Shown here piece after piece: positions 1 to 11,060 of a stretch of DNA of 64,000 nucleotides (within the stretch, counting starts at the first letter, position 1; each line of letters opens with the position of its first letter). The notes beneath the pieces were generated by a model. The model ran no database searches and had not been told where the DNA came from. It worked only from the letters and a program-made list of their open reading frames with translations. Both the position numbers and the translations under genes were made by a program. The DNA is from the human T2T-CHM13v2.0 reference genome, Homo sapiens: assembly GCF_009914755.1 (NCBI RefSeq), contig NC_060932.1, one strand, 5' to 3'.

Positions 1-968
1 GAACTTAAACTGCAATGTGTGTGATAAAGCATGCGCTATATGGAATTATCAGCAGATCATATATTTTAAAATACCAATAACCTTGAACATACTTCTAAAT
101 AATCCACAGGTCGAAAGGGAAATAATAACAGAAATTATAAAATATTGAAGGAAAATTAAACATATGAAAATGTAGTAAATGCATTAAAAGTAGTAAGAAG
201 ATGAAAACTTTTAATGACTATATTCAAAAAGAAAAAAAGTCTTGAATCAATACCAAAGCATCACCCTTAAGAGTTATGAAGACAAGAGCAAAGTAAAACC
301 AAAGCCAACTGAAAGAAAAATATAAGGATAAAAAAATTATGAAATAGAAAACAGAAAAATGATCAAGAAAAGACAATCACAGCAATAAAACTAAAGTTTG
401 GTTTTTGGAAAGAATCATCAGAATAAAATAATTCTTCAGCTAGAATCACCAAGAAAAAAAAGAAAAGGCACATATTAATAAAATGAGGAATGAAAGAGAC
501 AACATCTCTATATCTACCTATAGTAATTATCTATCTATAATAATTAAAATTATTATAAGAAAATATTATGAAAAAATTTAGACCAAAAAATTGGACAACT
601 TAACCAAAGTAGAAAATTTCTAGAAAAACAAAGATTATTAAAACCAACTAAAAAATAAATAAAAAACCTGAATATACTTATAAGAAGTAATGGATTGAAT
701 TAGTCATTTAAAATCTCCAAATAAATAAAACATGGAGCCCAGGTGGCTTCACCACGAATTTAACAAAGAAATATTAAGATTTTTACACAAATTAATTCAG
801 AAAAAATAAGGACTGTAGATACTTTCCATCTCATTTTTTGAGGCTAGTATTAATCTGATACCAAAGCTGAAGAAAGCTTCTTAAGAAAACTACAAAAGAA
901 TATCACTCGTAAATATAGACGTAAAATTCCCTAACATAGGTTAGCAAACTGAATATACGAACTTAAAA

Positions 969-970
<2 letters not shown>
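1..970 (+). mobile_element. Old L1 (L1M) ORF2 fragment, degenerate
   Basis: A-rich; recognisable ORF2 segments ggagcccaggtggcttcaccacgaattt, gaggctagtattaatctgataccaaagc, aatatcactcgtaaatatagacgtaaaattccctaac; many stops. Confidence 0.9.

Positions 971-1006
<36 letters not shown>
971..1006. repeat. (TA)n microsatellite at Alu tail
   Basis: Direct observation. Confidence 0.95.
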
Positions 1007-1009
<3 letters not shown>

Positions 1010-1328
1010 TTTTTTTCTGAGATGGAGTCTCACTTTGTGGCCCAGGCTGGAGTGCAGTGGTGCGATCTTGGCTCACTGCAACCTCCGCCTCCCAGGTTCA
1101 AGTGATTGCAACCTCCACCTCCTGGGTTCGAGCGATTCTCTTGCCTCAGCCTCGTGAGTAGCTGGAACTACAGGTGCAGGACACCGCGCGCGACTAATTT
1201 TTGTATTTTTAGTAGAGATGAGGTTTCACCATCTTGGCCAGGATGGTTTTAATCTCCTGACCTCATGATCCACCAGCCTTATCTTCCCAAAGTGCTGGGA
1301 TTACAGTCATGAGCCACCACGCCCATCC
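1007..1328 (-). mobile_element. AluS element with an internal 30-bp tandem duplication
   Basis: Poly-T then gagatggagtctcact...cccaaagtgctgggattacag; duplication at 1078-1137. Confidence 0.95.
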
Positions 1329-1344
1329 CAAAATAAGTATTTTT

Positions 1345-1605
1345 TACTGAAGAATTTTCAATAATACATGTAGATATCCCTCATCTAGGAGCTGGTTTGA
1401 ATTCCAACCTCCTGTCTCTTGAGGATAGACTTGATTTAAGACTCTCTTTCAAAGAATAGATTAGACAAAGGGGAAAATAGTAACTTTACCATGGCAAACT
1501 TTGGCAAACACTGTATTGTCTAAGTGATGAAGGTTAACATCATTAGTGATGTCATGTACATAACATGTACTTTCTGATATAATGTGACAAGAAGAACATT
1601 TTACA
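1345..1605 (+). mobile_element. L1MC/L1MD 3' region fragment
   Basis: agtaactttaccatggcaaactttggcaaacac...aagtgatgaaggttaacatcattagtgat resembles L1MC/MD 3' consensus. Confidence 0.65.
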
Positions 1606-2361
1606 TTGTATACGATAACAGGTACTAATCAACATTTAATGCATTTCTCCTGGCTAATTGCATTGCTATATTCACCACTACAAGCCACCTTTTGCTACCC
1701 TAATACCTCCAAAAATTACAATGACCTAATAAAAAGATGTTAATATATACTTAAGGAAAGTCAGCTATAATTACAAAAATACTCTCCTTGGCAAGTGTTC
1801 ACTCTGCAGGAACTCAGGCTCCACTGTTCTTTTAGTTTGCCACTATGATCCCTGTCCGGTTTTTGCAGAAGTCAGGGGAATAATAAGAATCTTACAGCAG
1901 CAATTAAGTTATTTAGTAAAAGACAAACAAACACCTCCATTCACAACCCATTGACCCCATGTATTTTCAATGGGAAGAGTAAGAGTTTTCTTTCTGTGTC
2001 CTCATAAAAAGAGGATGCCTTTATTTGTTGAGCACTAGAAGTCTCTACTAAAAATGCCCTGTAAAATTTTGTAATGGTAAGAAAAAATGTCCAAATACAA
2101 TATGTTTTCTATCTATTTGTCTCACAAAATTTTTTTATGGCCAATATCCCAGAGGTTTCCTCTCCATGTAATTGTTTTAGCAGCATGTATTGGTTGAGTG
2201 CTGAAGGGTCTACAAGATTATTCTGGCATGTAGATGGAGAAGTCTGGCATCTTGAATGGACTCCTCTGGGATTCCATAACAAATTCACTTTTTTAGTAAT
2301 CTGACCCTCACTTCAAACACCATTTTTTAGACATGGATTTTCATCTTGTTTTCACATCCAT

Positions 2362-2816
2362 TGTGGGAGGATGACTGCATGCAAGCCTCATCTTTTCATT
2401 TATTACTGTACATGTACTGTACTTTTCGGTTATTGTCTTCCACTTACCATGAGATTGGCCATGTGCTTTGGCTAATGGGACAGTAACAGAACTGACCCAA
2501 GTAGACTCTTTAACAAGTATCTGTGAGGGTCTGCTTTCACTCTTGGACCCCTGACCAATGGGAAAATTAGCCTGGGATCATTTGCTGGAGGTGTCTGAGA
2601 AAACCCTGGAGGTGTCTGAGAAAACCTGGAGGTGTCTGAGAAAAGCCCTCCGCCATCCTCCACCCCCTTGAAAAAGAGCCTAGTGAAATTAGCTTCGATA
2701 GGCTTATATCAGTAGCATTGCCTGATCAACACATAAACATGTAAGCAATAATACATTGTTGTATTAAGCTGGTAGGTTTTGGGAGTGTTTTATTATACAG
2801 CAATAGATACTAATAC
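2362..2816 (+). mobile_element. MLT1-family MaLR LTR containing a 3x ~20-bp tandem repeat
   Basis: ttggccatgtgctttggctaatggga near 5' end; 3' end ttgtattaagctg...tttattatacagcaatagatactaataca. Confidence 0.7.
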
Positions 2817-3919
2817 ATTCATTCACCTCAGTATTAATAATAGAACCTGTCCCTATATTGCTAACTGTGTATGGGTTTCTCTTGCTATGGAGAGGTTTTG
2901 CATAATTGTGGTCTGCCTCTGTTCCTAGTCCCGTTTAGAAACTATCATCATCTTTAGCCTCAAATTAAGTGACTAGAAACCACATCTTATTATAGATTCT
3001 TAATGCCTATCTAACGGAGTTTCTTTATATTTAGATTATTTTTGTTCATTTATCAGTGACGTTTTAGAGTGCACTCACCCCCATATCGGCAACATTGTTA
3101 TCTCTGTCTTCACTCTTCTTAGAGATAAATATCTACAGGAAAGGGTTTCTACATGGTAATTCTGGTATTCTCTGCCTTGTCTTTTAGTTTCCTTGTACTC
3201 CAAACATGGATTTAAGTGCACTTTTTCATTGTCCCAAAATAGCCTCATTTCATAAATATTTCGACTATATTAAGTATACTGTGATATATTCAGTAAAACA
3301 TACATATGATAGAAAGTAACCTTATTGAAGAAAAATTAATTTGTATCTGCTTAATAGTGTTAATTCCAAGAAATACCATTTCAAAAACTAAAATAATTAG
3401 AACAATTTAAATTCTTATGAGGTACTTTACAATGCCAAAGTGTGATGTTATTTCATAATAGAAAAGACAGTTTTATTAGAATATTTTCTCTTATCTTTCC
3501 CTTGTGAGAAATAGCTATATGAGAAAAATAAATTGAGATTATGGAAAAGCAAAAAAAAAAAAAAGACAAGGTATACAATGAAGTTAAATCTCCTCATAAT
3601 TGATTCAATGATTATGAACATATTCCTTTAGTGAACTGTGCCTCTTATCATATGAAAGCATTTTACGATGTTCAATGTAATTCTAGTGTTGAAATATAAA
3701 TACTATTCACACAACTTAGCATTCAAGTTATTTCATATCATACACTAGAATCATGTTCTCTTTTAATATTGGAGAAAAAACTCAGGCTGTGTTGAATATG
3801 AGTGATAATCTATCACCCTCCAACGTTAAATCTTAAAAAGAAACATACAAAAAGAAATTGACCATGCATAATACTGTCCTATAGACTGGCTTCTGGAGTG
3901 AATCATGTAAGAGGCAATG

Positions 3920-3950
3920 ATGTGTGTGTGCGTGTGTGTATGTGTGTGTG
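3920..3950. repeat. Imperfect (TG)n microsatellite
   Basis: Direct observation, abuts Alu tail. Confidence 0.9.
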
Positions 3951-4243
3951 TTTGAGACAGAGTCTCACTCTGTCACCCAGGCAGGAGTGCAGTGGTGTGA
4001 TCTCTGCTCTCCACAAGCTCCGCCTCCTGGGTTCAGGCCATCCTCCTGCCTCAGCCTCCAGAGTGGCTGGGACTACAGGCACCTGACACCACGCCTGGCT
4101 AATTTTTTTTTTTTTTTTGTATTTTTAGTAGAGACGGGGTTTCACCGTGTTAGCCAGGATGGTCTCGATCTCCTGACCTTGTGATCCGCTTGCATTGGCC
4201 TCCCAAATGCTGGGATTACAGGCATGAGCCACCGTGGCCGGCC
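3951..4243 (-). mobile_element. Alu (AluY-like)
   Basis: caagctccgcctcctgggttcaggccat and gtgttagccaggatggtctcgatctcctgacc diagnostics. Confidence 0.93.
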
Positions 4244-5209
4244 AATTTTCTGATATTTTTAATGTAGCTATGTCTAATTAGTTTCAGATCATCTCAATTT
4301 TGTTTCTGTACATTAAAGCTGTTTTGCAAAATGAAGACCCAAAGGTTTTGTTTGCAGAACCAGAACTCTTTGTAGCTGATACTGGCAGCAGAGAAGACAT
4401 GAATATTCATTTGATAATATAATTGTTAAATTCTAGAAATTAAAGTTTCATGAAACCTGTTTAAATTTTATTTCTGTTGGCAATATTCATCTTAATCTTA
4501 TCTCTTATCCTGCTTAACATAATCATCTCTTCCCTTTTTTAACATGGTCTTGCTTTCACTGAGAGTTACTAAATAACTTCTAACATTGACTATTTTCTCC
4601 TACCGTAGACTTTGTCAAGTTAAAAGACATGCAGATAGTTTTGATATTCAATATTGAATATAAATCACACATGACTTATTTTTAAGTTTACCATACTCTA
4701 TGATGATTGAATCCATCATGTTTTCTTTTGTTTGATTTCACATTGAATAAAAAAAAATGCTCTGAAACTAAAATTTACCTGCTTGAATGCTTTCACAAAT
4801 AGAACTACATTCTGTGGATAAAATGTAGTAATTTCACGTTTTTAGTTTTTATATAAAAGTAATGGTTTGTAAAACCAGGTCAATCTCCTTAGTAACTCCA
4901 GATAATGGGTGAGCTGAATTAATCATTAAAGACAAGAATAATATAATTTTTGATGGCCTAAATGATAACCAATATCACTGAATAGGTGAATACATGGTTA
5001 TCTAAGTACTAGATTCAAAGGATTCTCAAGTCTCAGTAAATAAAAGGGAGAAAGTAGAGGTGCTGGGTAAGCCTAAGTATGCAATGTTTTTGCAAAAGTG
5101 ACACCACTCATCTTGTAATTGAATAACATGCTTATATATAATATATAATTAGTGTATGATATATAAGTAATGAATAAGTATATATTAAGTATATACTTAC
5201 GTATAACTA

Positions 5210-5264
5210 CTAGATTGGTGCAAAAGTAATGGCAAAAACTGCAATTACTTTTGCACCAACCTAA
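5210..5264. mobile_element. MADE1 (Hsmar1/mariner-derived MITE), internally deleted
   Basis: tagattggtgcaaaagtaat...attacttttgcaccaacctaa inverted termini flanked by TA. Confidence 0.9.
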
Positions 5265-5405
5265 TATATACTTTTACATATTTATACATACATATACAAA
5301 TTATATATGTAAGTGAAATATATTCACTTGTACATATATAAGTATACATATACATATATGTATATATACTTTCACATATACATACATGAAATATAGTCAT
5401 GACTA

Positions 5406-5902
5406 TGAAAGGAGTTAGCCAGCTTGCTGTAGGCAGACAGTAAGGGAAGTGTCCTGGAGAACCTCTGATCCACTCCACAAGTGCTTACACCAGATGTTTT
5501 GTGCAGATAGGGGAACTTGCACAGGAGGCTTGCTTAAACATGCCCACAATAGACAATTCCACTCCTTAACACGTGAGCAGTAAGGAAAATAAATCAATAT
5601 GGAGCAGCTCAGACTAAGGGCCCACCTGCGCACTGGAAGGACAGGGTGGAGCTGCCAGGAATTTGTGCCATATACAAATAAGGAACCCAACCTCATCAGC
5701 TTTTATATAGAAGCCCTTGTATTCACCTGTGAAAGGGGCAACTGGAAACCTGCTTATCAGGATCCCTCTCTTTGCTGAGAGCCTTCCTTTAGCTTAATAA
5801 ATTCTACTCCACTCACTCTCTGGTGTTCATGCCCCTAATTCTCCCTGGTCATGAGACAGGAACCCAGACCTATCTGTGCTAAGGCACAAAAATCTTGCAT
5901 CA
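5406..5902 (+). mobile_element. ERV1 solo LTR, MER61-type
   Basis: TG...CA termini, 4-bp TSD acta (5402-5405 / 5903-5906), TATA-like at ~5704, AATAAA at 5796; start tgaaaggagttagccagcttg. Confidence 0.85.
5526..5545. promoter_or_regulatory. Perfect p53 response element (two RRRCWWGYYY half-sites, no spacer)
   Basis: AGGCTTGCTT AAACATGCCC; extra one-mismatch half-site GAACTTGCAC at 5513-5522. Confidence 0.75.
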
Positions 5903-6671
5903 ACTATTTATATATGGGATCACTATAACAGAAGCAAAAAAAATAAAATAAAATAAGAGAACATTAGTATATCCTGGATAATCTGGATACAGCTTTCAGG
6001 GGTTTCTCTTGGTCAAACAAAATGTAGTTTGTTTCCAGATAATGGATTGCTCAGATAAATGCAAGAGATCTCTGTGTCAGGAAAGCCAAAGTTCAAAGTA
6101 CTGAATGGCCGTTTAGACCCTAGACCAGGCTGTGTCCAGATATATTAACTAAAAACAAGTCAATCTATATATTTTGAATAAACGACTTCAATAAATTGGC
6201 ACAAGAGACTTCTAGGGTGTTTCAGTTTAAACACAACATTGTGAATATCTAGCTAATACATTCCATTTCTACCTGTCTAAGGTTTTATATCATGGCTAAA
6301 ATCATCCTGGAGACTAGATCAGAACTTCCATAGACTAATAGTGAAGTAACCTTGTCCTTATACAGAAGCCAATGTTTGTGAAAGGAGTTTTCATCTCTAC
6401 CCTCTCCTTTTATTACATTCTTGAAAAAGTAGTTTTCTGAGTCACACAGGGAGGGGGAAAACAATTTTTGTGCTTCTCATGGAAATTCTATTGTTTAGTT
6501 CCAATTCTGTTCATATTTCAGGGATGTATTGGATATTTCCTGGATCCTCAAATGCAGCAATTAACACTATTGAAGTTTGGGTGGGGTTATAAATCAAGTG
6601 CATTTTTTTTGGTAAGGTTAAGATGGTTTGACACTGAATGAATGCCTTTTATGTTTATTTTATGTATATGA

Positions 6672-7048
6672 ATTAATTCAATATAGATTTACTAATTACC
6701 TACCATATGCCAGATGTGATGGTTAATACTGAGTGTCAAATTGATTGGATTGAAGGATGCAAAGTATTGATCCTGAGTGTGTCAGTGAGGGTGTTGCTAA
6801 AGGAGATTAACATTTGAGTCAGTGAGCTGGGAAAGGCAGACCCACTCTTAATCTGGGTGGGCACAATCTAATCAGCTGCCAGTGCACCCAGAATATAAAA
6901 CAGGCAGAAAACATGAAAAGACTAGGCTGGCTTAGCATCCCAGCCTACATCTTTCTCCCATCCTATTAGTTCTGTCCCACTAGAGATCCCTGACTAATAT
7001 ACTAGACATACAGTTAGGCACTGATGATGCATACTGTTAAGAAACAAT
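6672..7048 (-). mobile_element. L2 3' end, split by MLT2A LTR
   Basis: atttactaattacctaccatatgccaga / catacagttaggcactgatgatgc matches reverse L2 tail. Confidence 0.65.
6715..7001 (+). mobile_element. MLT2A (HERV-L) solo LTR with internal deletion
   Basis: tgtgatggttaatactgagtgtcaa start; tcctattagttctgtccc...gactaatata end; TSD ccaga/ctaga; only 287 bp. Confidence 0.9.
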
Positions 7049-7654
7049 TAGACATTATAGATATATGTATATGTATACACCTAAACACAGAAGAGAGAGA
7101 TTGGAAAGTCTGCTGAGCCTTACTGGGGAATCTTGAATTTATTCTGCTGTAAATGGTTAAATATTAACAATTTTTAAAGAATAAAATGAGATCAATAGAA
7201 TGTGTTTCAGAGACATAACTGCACAAACTATATGGACAATGGATTGGAATAATAAGAGAAAGAATACAATAGATAAATCTACAAAAATGTAGTCATTTGT
7301 TTTCAGTTTCGAGCAGATGCTATTTGCACAAAAATCAATAATAAAAAAATAGCTATGAGCATAAGGAAGTAGATACATTAAAAACAAAGTGGTTAAACAC
7401 CTTAGACATTTTTTTTTCTAAACAATGTATAAAAGGATCCAGGATCAAATTCATGGGAATTTAGATATCCCATATGTCTAAATTTGGTTTAAAGATATTG
7501 GTGAATCTGAAAATACACCAATGGATTTTATCTTTTATATTTGGCATCTAAGAAAATAAATCAATGAACTTCTTAATGTAAATGTAATATGCCATATTTA
7601 CAGACACTTGAGCATTAAGAATAGTTGTTGGGGTCAGACTCAGAGAAGAAATTG

Positions 7655-7860
7655 CCTTTGGAATCAGCTTTATTTATATTTGAAAGCTCTGCTCCTTACT
7701 TGGTGTGTGACCTTGGGCAGTTAATCTGACCTCTCTAAATTTTAATTTTTGCGTATATAACTTGGGAATAATACGTTTATTGCAGAAAATTAAATGAGAT
7801 AATTCATGTAAAGCTATAAGCAATGGACCTGACACAGACACTTCTTAATAAATATAATGA
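7655..7860 (+). mobile_element. MIR SINE
   Basis: tgtgtgaccttgggcagttaatctgacctctct core; aaatgagataattcatgtaaagc. Confidence 0.8.
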
Positions 7861-7879
7861 TTGCATCAATTATGGTATT

Positions 7880-8510
7880 CAGTAATAGGATAGGTTACTT
7901 AATTCTTGATTACAAGTGGCTTGAGCAATAAAGTTTTATTTGATTTGATTTCATCGTAAATGATAAGAAATTCAGAATCAATGTTTGTCAGAGTTGGTTA
8001 ATTCTGGAGCATGACAAAATTATTAAATAGCCCAGCCCTTTCCATTTTTCTGTCCTGCCTCCTACAGGGCATTTTCCTTGTCTTTAGTGATAGTCCTAAA
8101 TTAGCTGCAGCATTCTAGCTAGCTTGTCCTCTTAGCACTATATTCAGAAACAGAAAAGGTAAAGCCCCTGTCTTTTTTTTTTCATCCTCAGAGAGAGAGA
8201 GAGAAAAAAAAAACAATAAGAAAAAGAAAGAAAACTTAAGGTAAGCTCTTCAGAAAACGCTCCCTAACAAATTGTGCATAGGGTAAAATCACAACTTATG
8301 TCTTAATCACCTATTTGCAAAGGATTGGAATAGCCATGATTGGCATATAATAACTAGCTTACACTTGCCAACATTAACCTCTCTGGGGTAGGGAGGAATC
8401 CACCTTCTGTTAGTATATTGACCCCTGAAGACCTGAACAAAACTGAGATTCATCAGGCAAGAAAGAAAAGATAATTGCCGTTGGGTAGTTAATAAATTGT
8501 GCTTTATATG
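7880..8510 (-). mobile_element. Old MLT1-type LTR (tentative)
   Basis: caagtggcttgagcaataaagttttatttg resembles a reverse MLT1 3' end; heavily diverged. Confidence 0.4.
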
Positions 8511-8728
8511 ACAAAACTTTAATGATGAAGATATTGACCTCCCAGTCAGTATTTAATCTCCAAAAATGTTGCCAAGAAATCTTAGTAGGTTAAGGTTGTA
8601 CACAGATAGAAGTATCATATAATATCTTTAAAAAATTTTATTGATGCATTTTTCATTTTTCTTAACTTAAAAATGTATTCATATTTTCAATCTGTCCCAT
8701 CTTATTAGGTAATAAGACCAATAGAGGA

Positions 8729-8770
8729 ATACACACACACACACATACACACACACATATATATATATAA
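8729..8770. repeat. (CA)n(TA)n microsatellite
   Basis: Direct observation. Confidence 0.95.
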
Positions 8771-10124
8771 TAATTTGCTTGTATTAAATAGAGATGTTAC
8801 GAACTTTAATATACCTTCCATTGAGGTAGTGTCACGAAGTCCTAAAATATCTTCATTTTCTAACCTTATACTACTATCCTACACTTTCCTAGTTGTTACA
8901 TTTTTATAGTTACATGGCAATTCTTTTAAATATGATGAATGTGGGGTGCTATAAAGTCCTGACTAATAATGATTATACTAGTTATGCATGAGCAATTACA
9001 ACTTTAATAGTAAGATAAGTAGAATTCCATGAGTTAACATTGTTATTACTTTCAAAATAATGAGATAAAATTTGATTTTAGGATAATATAGCAATAAAGA
9101 CTTCCTACTTTAATCTCAGGCATGATGTACTTCCTTCGTAACACTTATCACATTTTTGTAACACTTTTTGTAATACTAATCACACATTATTTGAGTATCT
9201 TCTGTCAATTCTTTTCCAAGAGAATGAAGACCAATATTATCATGTTGGCTGTTCTGGTTTCAATAACAAGCATTTAGACTGGCATGGTACGAGAAATCCA
9301 CAGAACAGGAGGAAACCTGTAAGAAGAAAAAAAATCTGATTAATCAATAAATAATCAAAACATAACTGTTCATTCAAGAATATTTCTTAGCTAACATTAT
9401 CTTCAGATTTCCTGGAAATGAGATACCAGTGGAAAATCACCCTTGAACAAAAGTTCGATGATTACAGATGCATTCACAAAGAGTTTAGTCATATGATTGA
9501 CTACTCAGAGTTACGTTAATCAGAATATGAAGATTGGAACCCACTGCAAATAGATAAGTAGCATTTACTATCTCAAGATCCAATGAAATCTCAATTATTT
9601 GTAGTCAAATCTATACTATATTTGGTGATCCCCTTTCCTTCAGTGAATAGCACCTAGTCTCCACTTTAAACATTTAGTGCTATTAAGGGCTATGATTTAA
9701 AATATTCTACCCTATAACACTTGGCTGTAGTTAATCACTTTGTGAGTTGGTAAAAGCTGGTCTGGGCACTTTTTCTATGATTTCAAAAATTAAAACTAAA
9801 TTAAGAGAGACAGTCCTTCTCTGCTGGTGGAGCTGCATGATGTGAAAATGTAGACCTATTTATCCCCTGCAATATGAAGGAACTTGCTCTGAGAGAATGA
9901 TGCTGACATCCGGTGGGAAACCAAGAGAGCTGGGGAGTGATGAGTCCGGAGATGTGCAATTCACTCGGTTTTTGTTGGTGCAACCTCAGTCTTGTTAGAA
10001 GAGGTGTGGCGGCATCCTTCCAAGAATGTATTCTTTTTATATTTTAGTCAATTCATATTATGTTTGGTATTTGAATCAAAGGTCCACAGATCTTATTTAT
10101 TATTTATAAAATATATTCTCAATT

Positions 10125-10575
10125 TTCTGGCTCTCTATTATCAGCTGCTGAACTTTGCTATTTGCTGAACATCCAGACATGCTCCTGCCTCAGGAGAAGC
10201 ATTTGCTGATTCTTTCCGGCTGGAAATCTCATTTTCCAGGTAGCTGCATAGCTCCTTTCCTCATCTTCATTAAGCCCTTTCTCAAATATCACCTTCTCAT
10301 GGAGGCCTTTCCTGAGCCTGATAGATAAAACTGCACAGAATTAACAACTCACCCCACACTGCTGCAAAGCAAGTAAAACCAACGAAACAGCATCATCTCT
10401 CCCTTTTGCTATGTATTTATTTCTTTTTATTAACCTTGTCTTTCATTAAAATATCAGATTTAGGAGGTCAGACATTTTTGTGTCATTTTTTCTTTTCCTG
10501 TAAACAACACTTAAAATATTGTCTAGTATGTAATAGGCACCCTACAAATATTTGATGAATAAAAGCAAATGAATA
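10125..10575 (+). mobile_element. L2 3' end
   Basis: catgctcctgcctcagg...ctcaaatatcaccttctcatggaggcctttcctga...caaatatttgatgaat. Confidence 0.85.
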
Positions 10576-10729
10576 CATAAAAAATAAACTCACCCTTAGT
10601 AAAGTATATACAAATAAAAGTAGAATGGGATTATCAACCTTTTCCATGTTAAGTGTTGGTATCAAGTTCCCTCAAAGCAGTAGGTTTACCTTTTCTCTAT
10701 TCTGTTACTGTACATACAGAAAACACAAT

Positions 10730-11060
10730 ATCAGCTGGGAAAAAAATGACCCTAAATAATAGAATAATTATCATAGGTGTCTAATTATTAAATTACTATC
10801 AAAAATATTAGACTGGCTTACAATAACCGTGAGAATATAATAGAATAAAGTATTCAATTTAAAATAGTTTCAAAAAGATAAAGACCTAGGAATAAAATTG
10901 AATGAGGACATTGAAACAATTTGGTGGAAGAGGAGATTTAAAGCTCCACTCAGAGAAATTAAATAAAAGTTGAATAAATGTAAAGCCGTAAGTACTACTT
11001 CAATATAGAGGATAAATATTATAAATCAGTAATTTCTCCTTGTTCTAATCAACATACTTC
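10730..11060 (+). mobile_element. Ancient L1 ORF2 fragment
   Basis: aaagacctaggaataaaattga...gaaattaaataaaagttgaataaatg resembles the KYLGINL..EIKEDLNKW region. Confidence 0.55.

Noticed and set aside
2585-2644. CRISPR-like repeat
   Set aside because: Head-to-tail tandem with no spacers, in mammalian DNA
4644-4661. 18-bp palindrome atattcaatattgaatat (similar ones at 55730-55747 and 41068-41092)
   Set aside because: Short and AT-rich, with no supporting context; plausibly chance or slippage
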